Shown in pieces: positions 1 to 8,300 of a DNA stretch of 64,000 nt; position 1 is the first letter of the stretch, and each line of letters starts with the position of its first letter. This stretch comes from an uncultured Thermoleophilia bacterium (GTDB taxonomy: Bacteria; Actinomycetota; Thermoleophilia; UBA2241). The DNA is taken from the NCBI GenBank assembly GCA_963715985.1, contig CAVQSP010000011.1, positions 352,001 to 416,000 on the forward strand, written 5' to 3'. The notes below the pieces were generated by a model that saw only the letters and a program-made list of their open reading frames with translations, made no database searches and was not told where the DNA came from. The translations under genes and the position numbers were made by a program.

Positions 1-2402
1 GAGCACCCGGCGATGATGCTGATGGTGCCGGTGGGAGCGATGGTGGTGACCGTGGCGTTGCGCACGCGGGCGCCGGCCGGCGTGTCGAAGATGGAACCCT
101 CGAAGTTGGGGAACACGCCGCGCTCGCGCGCGAGGTCCTCGCTGGCCGCGCGCGCCTCGTCGTGGATGAACTGCATGACCTCGCCGGCGATACGGCAGGA
201 CTCCTCCGAGTCGTAGGGCACCTCCAGCATCAGCAGCATGTCGGCGAAGCCCATGACGCCGAGGCCGATCTTGCGGTTGCCCTTGGTCATCTGCTCGATC
301 TCGGGCAGCGGGTAGCGGTTGACGTCGATGACGTCGTCCAGGAAGCGCACGGCGGTACGCACGATGCGGCCCAGCTCCCCATAGTCGATGTGCCCGTCCG
401 GCACGACCTTGGAGAGGTTGATGGAGCCCAGGTTGCAGCTCTCGTAGGGCAGAAGCGGCTGCTCACCACAGTTGTGGACGACGAGGCCGTTGGCCACGAA
501 CGAGTGCGTGATGGGCTCGGTGACGTCGTACACCATCTCGCAGCCGTCCGGCTCGAGCGCGCGGAACCGCGCCGTGAACGGCTGCCGGTAGGGTCCGCGG
601 CGGTAGCCGTGGAGGAGCGCGAGCAGCTTGGCCTGCTTCGCCTCGCTCAGGAACCCGATCTCAGCGGCGAACTGCGCGAGACCGCCGCGCGAGACCGCGA
701 GCTCGTGGTACTCCTTGCAGGCGTACAGCGCCTGCCCGCCGCGGCCGTCGGGCAACGAGCGCAGCCCTTCCGGCCTGCGACCTTCGTAGATGCGCGAAGG
801 GATGCCGAAGTTGAGGAGGACCCTCTGAACGTCGCGCAGGAGGCCGCGGCTGATCGAGGTGAGCCGGACGCTTGCCCCCTTGCGCACGGAGCCGCCCACG
901 TGCCCGTCGGCCGTGAAGAGCGCCGTGAGAAAGCCGCGCTGCATATCCTCGGAGCCGGTGAGCACACCCTCGGGCACCCGGTGCTTGTGTCCCGGCCGGA
1001 GGCCGTGCTCTTCGGCGACGCGCCAGAAGCGCTCGGACTTGAGGCGGTACTCGTCCCGACCGGCGACCGCGTAGCCGTTCAGCGTGTACGAGCGGTCCAG
1101 CAGCTGCGTGCCGTCGACCTCATCCTGCATCAGGCCGGCGAAGACGGGGGCAAGCTCCTGCTTCTCCTCGCCGAAGAACGAGAGGACGACCTCGGTGGCC
1201 TTCATCGTGCCGTCGCCGACAAGCCACCCGAGAAGCATGCCGAGGCGCCGCGAGCCCGCGCTGCCGAACCCGCCCTTGCGGTCGAGGATGTGGAGGCGGT
1301 CGCCCTCGGTGAGCTCGCCGGCAGGCACCCATCCGCGGGTGGTCCTCACGCGGTGGTCGGCGGTGAGGCGGATCTCGTAGCCCTCCACCGTGGTGAGCCG
1401 GAAGACCGGCTTGATGCCGCTGGCCATGACTTGGGCGGCTTTGGAGCACGTGCGCTCACCGGCCATGCGGCTGTCGAGGACGAGGTCGGGGCGCCGGCGC
1501 ACCTCGTAGAGGTCGGCGATCCTCTTGAGCCCCTCCCCGGTGTAGACAAGCGACTCCCCGGTGACGCATGGATTTGTGCTCTCGATCTCGCCGATGTGCG
1601 GCGTGGGGTTGTCCGCATTGATGCGGTCGATGAAGACGATGCCGGGGTCACCGTTCTTCCAGGCCAGGTTGACCATGTTCTTGAAGACCTTGCGTGCGTG
1701 AAGCATGCGCACGGTCTCGCCGGAGCGCGGATTGACCAGCGGGTACTGCTCGTCGGCGTCGACGGCGCGCATGAAGGCGTCGGTGACGGCCACGGAGATG
1801 TTGAAGTTGTTGAGGCGGTCGTCGTCCTGTTTGGCGGTGATGAAGTCGAGGATGTCCGGGTGGTCGACGCGCATGATGCCCATGTTGGCGCCGCGCCGCG
1901 TGCCGCCCTGCTTGATGGTCTCGGTGGCGGCGTCGAACACGCTCATGAAGGAGAGGGGCCCGCTGGAGACGCCCTTGGTGCTGAGCACGACGTCGTTGTG
2001 CGGGCGCACGCGCGAGAAGGAGAAGCCGGTGCCGCCGCCGCTCTTGTGGATGAGGGCGGTGTTCTTGATGGCCTCGAAGATGGACTCCATGGAGTCGCCG
2101 ACGGGCAGCACGAAGCAGGCGGAGAGCTGACCCAGCTCACGACCGGCGTTCATGAGCGTGGGGCTGTTGGGCAGGAACTCGAGGGACGTCATGAGGCGGT
2201 AGAACGTGTCCTCCCACTCCTCCACGGGGGCCGCCGGGTTGTAGAGGCGCTCGGCCTGGGCGATGGCAGCTGCCACGCGCCGGAACATCTCCTCGGGGGT
2301 CTCCAGCACCTCGCCGTTCTCACCCTTCTTGAGGTATCGCCGTTCGAGGACCTTCAGCGCGTTGGCGGAGAGCTCGATGACTGCCTTCTGCGGATCGCTC
2401 AT
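1..2402 (-). CDS. nrdJ: Ribonucleotide reductase, class II (adenosylcobalamin-dependent, NrdJ/NrdZ-like), intein-containing; 3' end lies outside the window
   Basis: Manual translation (absent from the ORF track): MSDPQKAVIELSANALKVLERRYL..., PNSPTLMNAG, QLSACFVLP, GGGTGFSFS, IKQGGTRRGANM, ESTNP[intein]CGEQPLLPYESCNLGS, TTIAPTGTISIIAG. ATGA overlap with the nrdR stop; no ATP cone. Confidence 0.9.
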   Translation of the reverse strand, partial: MSDPQKAVIELSANALKVLERRYLKKGENGEVLETPEEMFRRVAAAIAQAERLYNPAAPVEEWEDTFYRLMTSLEFLPNSPTLMNAGRELGQLSACFVLPVGDSMESIFEAIKNTALIHKSGGGTGFSFSRVRPHNDVVLSTKGVSSGPLSFMSVFDAATETIKQGGTRRGANMGIMRVDHPDILDFITAKQDDDRLNNFNISVAVTDAFMRAVDADEQYPLVNPRSGETVRMLHARKVFKNMVNLAWKNGDPGIVFIDRINADNPTPHIGEIESTNPCVTGESLVYTGEGLKRIADLYEVRRRPDLVLDSRMAGERTCSKAAQVMASGIKPVFRLTTVEGYEIRLTADHRVRTTRGWVPAGELTEGDRLHILDRKGGFGSAGSRRLGMLLGWLVGDGTMKATEVVLSFFGEEKQELAPVFAGLMQDEVDGTQLLDRSYTLNGYAVAGRDEYRLKSERFWRVAEEHGLRPGHKHRVPEGVLTGSEDMQRGFLTALFTADGHVGGSVRKGASVRLTSISRGLLRDVQRVLLNFGIPSRIYEGRRPEGLRSLPDGRGGQALYACKEYHELAVSRGGLAQFAAEIGFLSEAKQAKLLALLHGYRRGPYRQPFTARFRALEPDGCEMVYDVTEPITHSFVANGLVVHNCGEQPLLPYESCNLGSINLSKVVPDGHIDYGELGRIVRTAVRFLDDVIDVNRYPLPEIEQMTKGNRKIGLGVMGFADMLLMLEVPYDSEESCRIAGEVMQFIHDEARAASEDLARERGVFPNFEGSIFDTPAGARVRNATVTTIAPTGTISIIAGC
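471..1568 (-). mobile_element. Intein (366 aa) with LAGLIDADG homing endonuclease
   Basis: In-frame 1098-bp insert. Begins CVTGESLV (block A), has RLTADHRV (block B), LLGWLVGDG and FLTALFTADG (two LAGLIDADG motifs), and ends HSFVANGLVVHN before extein Cys-GEQ. Confidence 0.95.
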
Positions 2403-2974
2403 GCCTTCTCGTCCCCCCATGCCCGGCCGCCCTCCGGCAGCCCGTTGAACACTGACGTCGCCAGGAAGTCGTCGACTTCGTCGAGGCCCGGCAGCGGTTC
2501 TTCGCCCGGCAGCGGGTCGGCCCCCGCCTCTTCCAGCCGGGCGAGCTCGCGCTGGAACTCCTCGATGTCGTCGAACTGGCGATACACCGACGCGAAACGG
2601 ATGTACGCGACCTTGTCTACGCTGCGCAGATGGTGGAGCGCCCGCTCGCCCACCAGCTGCGTGGTGACCCGGCGGCACGACACTCGCCGCAGGTCGTTCT
2701 CGATATCATCGACGGCCAGCTCGAGCCGCTCGATGGGGATGTCGCGCTTCTCCGAAGCGCGCAGCAGACCGTTGAGCAGCTTCTGCCGGGAGAAGACCTC
2801 CACACTGCCGTCGCGCTTGCCCACCATGAGCGGCACTTCTTCGACGCGCTCGTAGGTGGTGTAGCGGCGTTCGCAGGCCAGACACTCGCGGCGGCGGCGG
2901 ACACTGTCGCCCGCTTCCGAGTCCCGGGAGTCGACGACCTTGCTCTCATCACTACTGCAGTACGGACAACGCAC
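2399..2974 (-). CDS. nrdR: Transcriptional repressor NrdR
   Basis: MRCPYC...VVDSR...RRRRECLAC..RYTTYE zinc ribbon plus ATP cone, with DKVAYIRFASVYRQF; GTG start after AGAGGA. Confidence 0.96.
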   Translation of the reverse strand: MRCPYCSSDESKVVDSRDSEAGDSVRRRRECLACERRYTTYERVEEVPLMVGKRDGSVEVFSRQKLLNGLLRASEKRDIPIERLELAVDDIENDLRRVSCRRVTTQLVGERALHHLRSVDKVAYIRFASVYRQFDDIEEFQRELARLEEAGADPLPGEEPLPGLDEVDDFLATSVFNGLPEGGRAWGDEKA

Positions 2975-2988
2975 GGAGGATCCTCTTC

Positions 2989-3033
2989 CACAAGATGTTG
3001 TGCCCTGAGTGGGCCGGGACACCACTATAGAGT
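2989..3033. promoter_or_regulatory. Tandem NrdR boxes
   Basis: CACAAGATGTTGTG (2989-3002) fits the CACwAnATnTwGTG consensus. A degenerate second site, CACCACTATAGAGT, starts 31 bp away (3020), the typical spacing. Confidence 0.75.
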
Positions 3034-3263
3034 ATTCGCTGACGCTGACAACCGTCCTGCCGGGTCATTATCGGACACGTGGAGCGCAGGAACACTCACC
3101 CTCAAGTGTAGACTTATACTTTCCCCGTCGACGCCGGTCTCAGGGGCGTTGAGTGCGAATACTACCAGGGCCTAGGGACGGACCGCGCGCGGCGCCTGCT
3201 GACTCCACCGCGGCGGCCCTCCGGGCGGCGCGCAGGCCCTTGCGGCGGTATACTTTGGCGCCG

Positions 3264-3996
3264 ATGAACGTCGTCGTCCTGCCCACGTACAACGAGCGCG
3301 AGAACCTGCGCCACGCCCTGGCCCGCATCCGCGAGGTGGCCGACGGCCACGGCCTGCAGCTGCACACGCTCATCGTGGACGACAACTCGCCGGACGGCAC
3401 CGGCGAGCTGGCCGACGAGCTCGCGCTGACGGTGCCCGACGTCTCCGTGCTGCACCGTGGCCGGCAAAGAGGGCCTCGGCAAGGCCTACATCGCCGGCTT
3501 TCACAAGGCGCTCGGCATGGGCGCCCAGCGCATCTTCGAGATGGACGCCGACCTCAGTCACGACGCCAGCTACCTGCCCCACTTCCTGCGCCTCATCGAC
3601 AACGGCGCGGACCTCGTGCTGGGGTCGCGCTACGTCAAGGGCGGCGGCGTGGAGAACTGGGGCCTCTCACGGCGCGTCATCAGCCGGGGCGGGTGCCTGT
3701 ACGCGCAGACCATCCTCGGCCTGCCTCTGCACGACTTGACGGGCGGCTTCAAGTGCTTCCGCCGCAGCGTGCTCGAGACCATCGACCTGGACGCCGTGGA
3801 CACCAAGGGGTACGGCTTCCAGATCGAGATGACCTACCGCGCCTACAAGCTCGGCTTCAAGGTGGTCGAGCTGCCCATCATCTTCGTCGACCGCCAGGTG
3901 GGCGAGAGCAAGATGAGCAACGACATCATCGTCGAGGCCATGACCGGCGTGTGGAAGCTCCGCTTCGGCAAGATGCCGGGCGCGCGGGCGGTGTGA
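3264..3996 (+). CDS. Polyprenol monophosphomannose synthase (GT2, DPM1-like), frameshift near 3458
   Basis: MNVVVLPTYNEREN...IVDDNSPDGTG...VLHR, then after one extra G continues AGKEGLGKAY..MDADLSH..DLTGGFKCFR..GYGFQIEM. TATACT -10-like box at 3249. Confidence 0.88.
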
Positions 3997-4050
3997 GCGG
4001 CGGCGGACCCGGAGACGGCGGTGTGAGCGGCGCCGGGCCCGGAGACGGCG
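3987..4050 (+). repeat. Imperfect 30-bp tandem duplication (VSGxGPGDGG x2)
   Basis: ggcggtgtgagcggcggcggacccggagac followed by ggcggtgtgagcggcgccgggcccggagac. Confidence 0.8.
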
Positions 4051-5150
4051 GCGGCGCGCGCATCCTCGCCGCCGACGTCGGCACCGGCACGGCGGACATC
4101 CTCCTCACGGTGCCCGGCGAGCCCCTGGAGAACGCCGTCAAGCTCGTCGTCCCGTCGCGCACGCGCGTGGTGGCCGCGCAGATCGGCGCCGCTACTCTGC
4201 ACGGCCAGGCGGTGGTGTTCACCGGACCGACCATGGGCGGCGGGCCGGACGGGGCGGCGATGAAGGCGCACCTCGCCGCCGGTCTGCCCTTTGTGGCCAC
4301 CGAGGAGGCGGCCCGCACCTTCGCCGACGACCTCGACAAAGTACGCGCCGGAGGCGTGCGCGTGGTCGGCGAAGACGAGCTGGCCGCCCTGCGGCGGGAG
4401 TGGCCCGCAGGCGCCGCCGCCGAGATCTCCTCCGGCGACCTCGATTCCCAGAGCCTGCGCGCGGCGCTCGCGCTGCTCGGTGTGGAGCCGCGCTTCGACG
4501 CCGTGGCGCTCGCCGTACAGGACCACGGCTTCAACCCCGGCGGCTCCAACCGCGTCTTCCGGTTCGCCTTCTGGCAGGCGGCGACGCAGGAGGCGCGCCC
4601 GCTCCGCGACCTCTTCTACGACGCGGCCGCCACGCCGCCCGAGTTCACGCGCCTGTGCGCCGCGGCCGCCTGCGCGGCCGAACTGGCCGGCGACGGGCCG
4701 GCGCTCGTCGCGGACACCGGCCCGGCGGCCCTCTACGGCGCCTTGCCGGAGGGCGTGACGGACGCCGTGCTCGTCAACGTCGGCAACGGCCACACCATCA
4801 GTGTGGTCACGCGCCGGGGGCGCCTGGCAGGCGTCTTCGAACACCACACGCGCCTGCTGGACGGCACGCGCCTGGACGACTACCTGCGCCGCTTCCTGGC
4901 CGGGACGCTCGGCGACGAGGAGGTGCGCGAGCAGGGCGGCCACGGCGCCGTGCTCGCGGGCGAGGTGCCGCCCGGCCTCCCGCTGATCGTCACCGGCCCG
5001 CGCCGCGCACTGCTGTGCGGCAGCGAGCTGCCGCTGGAGTTCGCGGCGCCCTACGGTGACATGATGCTCACCGGATGCTACGGCCTCCTGCGCGCCTTCG
5101 CCGAGCGCGGCGTGCAGCCCGACGGGCCGGCCGGAGGCGGCGCCTCGTGA
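3993..5150 (+). CDS. DUF1786 family protein (ASKHA-like fold)
   Basis: ILAADVGTGTADIL, GPTMGGGP, AVQDHG, SNRVFRF, VNVGNGHT, FEHHT, APYGDMMLTGCYGL; GTGA overlap with the upstream gene. Confidence 0.82.
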   Translation: MSGGGPGDGGVSGAGPGDGGGARILAADVGTGTADILLTVPGEPLENAVKLVVPSRTRVVAAQIGAATLHGQAVVFTGPTMGGGPDGAAMKAHLAAGLPFVATEEAARTFADDLDKVRAGGVRVVGEDELAALRREWPAGAAAEISSGDLDSQSLRAALALLGVEPRFDAVALAVQDHGFNPGGSNRVFRFAFWQAATQEARPLRDLFYDAAATPPEFTRLCAAAACAAELAGDGPALVADTGPAALYGALPEGVTDAVLVNVGNGHTISVVTRRGRLAGVFEHHTRLLDGTRLDDYLRRFLAGTLGDEEVREQGGHGAVLAGEVPPGLPLIVTGPRRALLCGSELPLEFAAPYGDMMLTGCYGLLRAFAERGVQPDGPAGGGAS

Positions 5151-6139
5151 GCGGGCTCGCCGCAGGTGCCTCCGCGTCGAACGACCAGGCGCCGGGCGCC
5201 GCGGCCGGCGTCTCCCGTGTCGCGGTGGTGGGCACCGGCCTCATCGGGGCGCGCTGGGCGGCCTGCTTCCTGGCTCACGGCCTCGACGTGAGCGCCACCG
5301 ACCCCGCGCCGGGCGCCGAAGACGCGCTGCGCGGTGTGGTGGCGCGCTGCTGGCCGGCGCTCGAGCGCCTCGGGCTATCGCCGGGCGCTTCCCCGGACAG
5401 GCTCACGTTCACCGCGACGCTGGACGACGCCGTGCGCGACGCCGGCTTCGTGCAGGAGAGCCTGCCCGACGACGAGGACCTCAAGGTCGCGGTGCTCGCC
5501 GCCGTGGACGCCACGTGCCCACGTCACACGGTGATCGCCTCCAGCACGTCGGGCATCCTCCCCACCCTGCTGCAGTCGCGCTGCGCGCACCCCGAGCGCG
5601 TGCTCGCCGGGCACCCGTCCAACCCGGCGCACATCCTCCCGCTGGTCGAGGTGGTGGCCGGGGAGCGCACCTCGCCGGAGGCGGTGGCGCAGGCCATGGC
5701 GTTCTACCGCGCCATCGGCAAACGCCCGTTGCAGGTGCGCCGCGAGGCGCCGGGATTCGTGATGAACCGCCTGCAGGAGGCCATGTGGCGCGAGATGTTC
5801 CACCTCGTGAACGATGACATCGCCACCTGTGCCGAACTGGACGCCGCCGTCACCGACGGCTGCGGCATGCGCTGGGCGCTCTTCGGCCCCGCCTTCGTCT
5901 ACCTGCTGCAGGGCGGCCCGGGAGGCATGGCCTGGGCGCTCGACCAGTTCGACCCGGGCCGCATCCCCGACTGGTCGCACAACGCCTATCCGCAGATCAC
6001 GACGGAGCTCAAGCAGCTGCTCGACGAGCAGACCGCCGAACAGGCGGCCGGGCGCACGCTGGAGGAGTGGGAGGCGCTGCGCGACGAGTTCCTCGTGCGC
6101 GTCGTGGAGCTCAAGCGGGAGCTGTTCGGGGAGTACTGA
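5147..6139 (+). CDS. 3-hydroxyacyl-CoA dehydrogenase family protein (L-carnitine dehydrogenase/lambda-crystallin-like)
   Basis: VVGTGLIGARWA Rossmann motif, FVQES.P, IASSTSG, GHPSNPAHILPLVEVV, GFVMNRLQEAMWRE. Confidence 0.87.
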   Translation: MSGLAAGASASNDQAPGAAAGVSRVAVVGTGLIGARWAACFLAHGLDVSATDPAPGAEDALRGVVARCWPALERLGLSPGASPDRLTFTATLDDAVRDAGFVQESLPDDEDLKVAVLAAVDATCPRHTVIASSTSGILPTLLQSRCAHPERVLAGHPSNPAHILPLVEVVAGERTSPEAVAQAMAFYRAIGKRPLQVRREAPGFVMNRLQEAMWREMFHLVNDDIATCAELDAAVTDGCGMRWALFGPAFVYLLQGGPGGMAWALDQFDPGRIPDWSHNAYPQITTELKQLLDEQTAEQAAGRTLEEWEALRDEFLVRVVELKRELFGEY

Positions 6140-6186
6140 GCGACGGCCTCGACGAGGAACGCGCGGCGCAGCCGGGCGCGCGACGC

Positions 6187-7212
6187 TCAGAGCGGCAGCA
6201 GGCGGCCGACGCCGAGGCGGCGGGCGCGGTCCACAGCCAGGCGCGCCGTGATCACGTCCTCCGCCGCCATGCCCAGGTTGAGACAGAAGAGGCGCTCGGA
6301 GGCGTCGCGGCGGCCGGGGACGAGGCCGGCGGCCAGCTCGCCGAGGTCCCCGGCGATGTCGCCGGGGATGCCGGCGAGCCGGGCGCCGCCGGCCTTGGTG
6401 GCCAGCACGGCCGCCGTGTCGTCGCAGAAGAACCGGTCGCACTCGGCCATGGCCGCCGGCGTCCAGGCGGCGTCGTAGTCCAGGGCCACGGCCAGCGCGC
6501 CGGGCTCCAGGAGGCCGGCGCCGAGCGGCGGGTCCGGCGGCCCGGCCATGGTGATGGCCGACACCACCACGCCGGCGCCGCGCGCCACGTCGCCCGGGGC
6601 GCGGCACACCTCGAAGGCCACGGCCGGCAGTTCGGCGCCGAGGTCGGCCGCGAACGCCGCGGAGGCCGCCGGCACGGCGTCGTGGCACGCCACGGCGCGC
6701 AGACCGGGAAGCTCGGCGGCGAGGGCGCGCACGGCGGCGCGAGCCTGTACGCCGCAGCCGAGCACACCGGCGCGGTCCACGTCGGGGCGTGCCAGATACC
6801 GCGCGGCCACGCCCACGCCGGCGCCGGTGCGCCAGGCGGTGATCGTGGTCGCGTCCATCACCGCCTCGGGCAGCCCCGTGCCGCCGTCGCTGAGCACGAC
6901 CAGCCCGTTGGTGACCGGCAGGCCGAGAGCGGTGTTGCCGGGAAACAGCGTGACCCACTTGGCGCCGAGCGCGCCGGCATCCGGCAGCGAGGCGGCCATG
7001 ACCTGGGAGAAGGCGCCGTCGCGGCCGGGCAGGGTGAGCTTGGGCGGCATGACGACCCTGCCCTCGCCCTTGGCGCGGCAGGCCGCGTCCACGGCGTCGA
7101 TGACCTCGCCCATGCCGATGCCGAGCGTCTCGAGGTCGGCGCGGCTGAGGTAGAGGAGCGCCGGGGACGGCACGTCCGCAGGCGGGGCGGCGGTGCTGCC
7201 GGCGCCGCCCAT
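6187..7212 (-). CDS. Ornithine cyclodeaminase/mu-crystallin family protein
   Basis: GAKWVTLFPGN, ITAWRTGAG, GVLGCGVQAR, NLGMAAED; start MGGAGST at 7212. Confidence 0.88.
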   Translation of the reverse strand: MGGAGSTAAPPADVPSPALLYLSRADLETLGIGMGEVIDAVDAACRAKGEGRVVMPPKLTLPGRDGAFSQVMAASLPDAGALGAKWVTLFPGNTALGLPVTNGLVVLSDGGTGLPEAVMDATTITAWRTGAGVGVAARYLARPDVDRAGVLGCGVQARAAVRALAAELPGLRAVACHDAVPAASAAFAADLGAELPAVAFEVCRAPGDVARGAGVVVSAITMAGPPDPPLGAGLLEPGALAVALDYDAAWTPAAMAECDRFFCDDTAAVLATKAGGARLAGIPGDIAGDLGELAAGLVPGRRDASERLFCLNLGMAAEDVITARLAVDRARRLGVGRLLPL

Positions 7213-8225
7213 CAGGCGGCCCCGCCCGCTCCGCGTGCCACGTCGCCCGCGGCCACGTCGCCCGCGGCCAGCTCGCCGGCGGCCGGGACGCCGGCCAGCC
7301 CCGTGGCGGCACGGATGGCGGAGAGGACGGCCTCTGCGAGGACGGTGGCGGCCGCGGCGCCGATGGTGCTCACGTCCGCGCTCGCGCCGGAAGTGCCGGT
7401 GGCGAGCGCGAACACCGTGTCGCCGTCCAGCATCGTGTGCACGGGGTCGATGGTGCGGGCCAGGCCGTCGTGAGCCATCTGCGCCACCTTGGTCGCCTGC
7501 GGCTTGCTGAGGACGGCGTCGGTGCCCACAACGGCCAGTGTGGTGTTGGTGCCCACGCCGATGCGCGCCGTGTTGACGCGCAGCCATTCGCTGGTGCGCA
7601 GGAACCCTCCGCCGGGGCGCCGCGGACCGGCGACCACGGCGCCGCTCGCCGGGTCGATCACGTCGCCGCAGGCGTTGACGGCCACGAGGGCGCCGACCGT
7701 GACGCCGGTGCCCAGCCTGAGGCTGGCCGAACCGAGTCCGGCCTTGGTGACGCCCTCGAAGCCGGGCAGCTTGCCGACCGTGGCGCCGGTGCCGGCGCCC
7801 ACGGCGCCCTGCGCCACGGCCGCCGAGGAGGCGGCCTCACACGCCGCCGCGCCGGCGGCCGCATCGGGGCGCACGTCGCTGCGGCCGACGACCAGGTCGA
7901 AGAGCACGGCGCCGCACACGATCGGCACGCGCACCGGGCCGGCGAGCACGCCGCGCCCGCGCGCCTCGAGCCACTTGACCACACCACTGCACGCATCCAG
8001 GCCGAACACGCTGCCGCCGGCCAGCACCACCGCGTGGATGCGCTCCACGACATTGACGGGGTCGAGCAGGTCGGTCTCGCGGGTGCCGGGGGCGGAGCCG
8101 CGCACGTCGACGCCGGCCACGGCGCCCTCGCCGTCACAGAGCACCACCGTGCAGCCGGTGGCCGCCTCGAGATCGGTCCAGTGCCCCACCGTGAGACCGG
8201 CGACGTCTGTGAGCGTGCCGTTCAT
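7212..8225 (-). CDS. P1 family peptidase (S58, DmpA-like)
   Basis: LTDVAGLTVGH, GVDVRGSAPGTRETDLL, LAGGSVFGL, NTTLAVVGTDA, AHDGLAR..PVHT.LDGDTVF. Confidence 0.9.
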   Translation of the reverse strand: MNGTLTDVAGLTVGHWTDLEAATGCTVVLCDGEGAVAGVDVRGSAPGTRETDLLDPVNVVERIHAVVLAGGSVFGLDACSGVVKWLEARGRGVLAGPVRVPIVCGAVLFDLVVGRSDVRPDAAAGAAACEAASSAAVAQGAVGAGTGATVGKLPGFEGVTKAGLGSASLRLGTGVTVGALVAVNACGDVIDPASGAVVAGPRRPGGGFLRTSEWLRVNTARIGVGTNTTLAVVGTDAVLSKPQATKVAQMAHDGLARTIDPVHTMLDGDTVFALATGTSGASADVSTIGAAAATVLAEAVLSAIRAATGLAGVPAAGELAAGDVAAGDVARGAGGAA

Positions 8226-8300
8226 CTGCCCTCCCGCGACCATGGTGTGGTGGAAGGATACCTCACGACCGAGCGACGCCCGGCGCGTGCGACCGCCGCC

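Noticed and set aside
162-2855. 897-aa plus-strand ORF
   Set aside because: Antisense shadow of nrdJ/nrdR; the real gene is on the minus strand and runs off the window edge.
3153-5150. Apparent GT2-DUF1786 fusion (665 aa)
   Set aside because: Created by the frameshift near 3458; the intervening translation is out-of-frame Arg/Pro-rich sequence.
7235-7285. 15-bp tandem repeats
   Set aside because: Encode a low-complexity AAGDV tail of the peptidase; no spacers, so not CRISPR.
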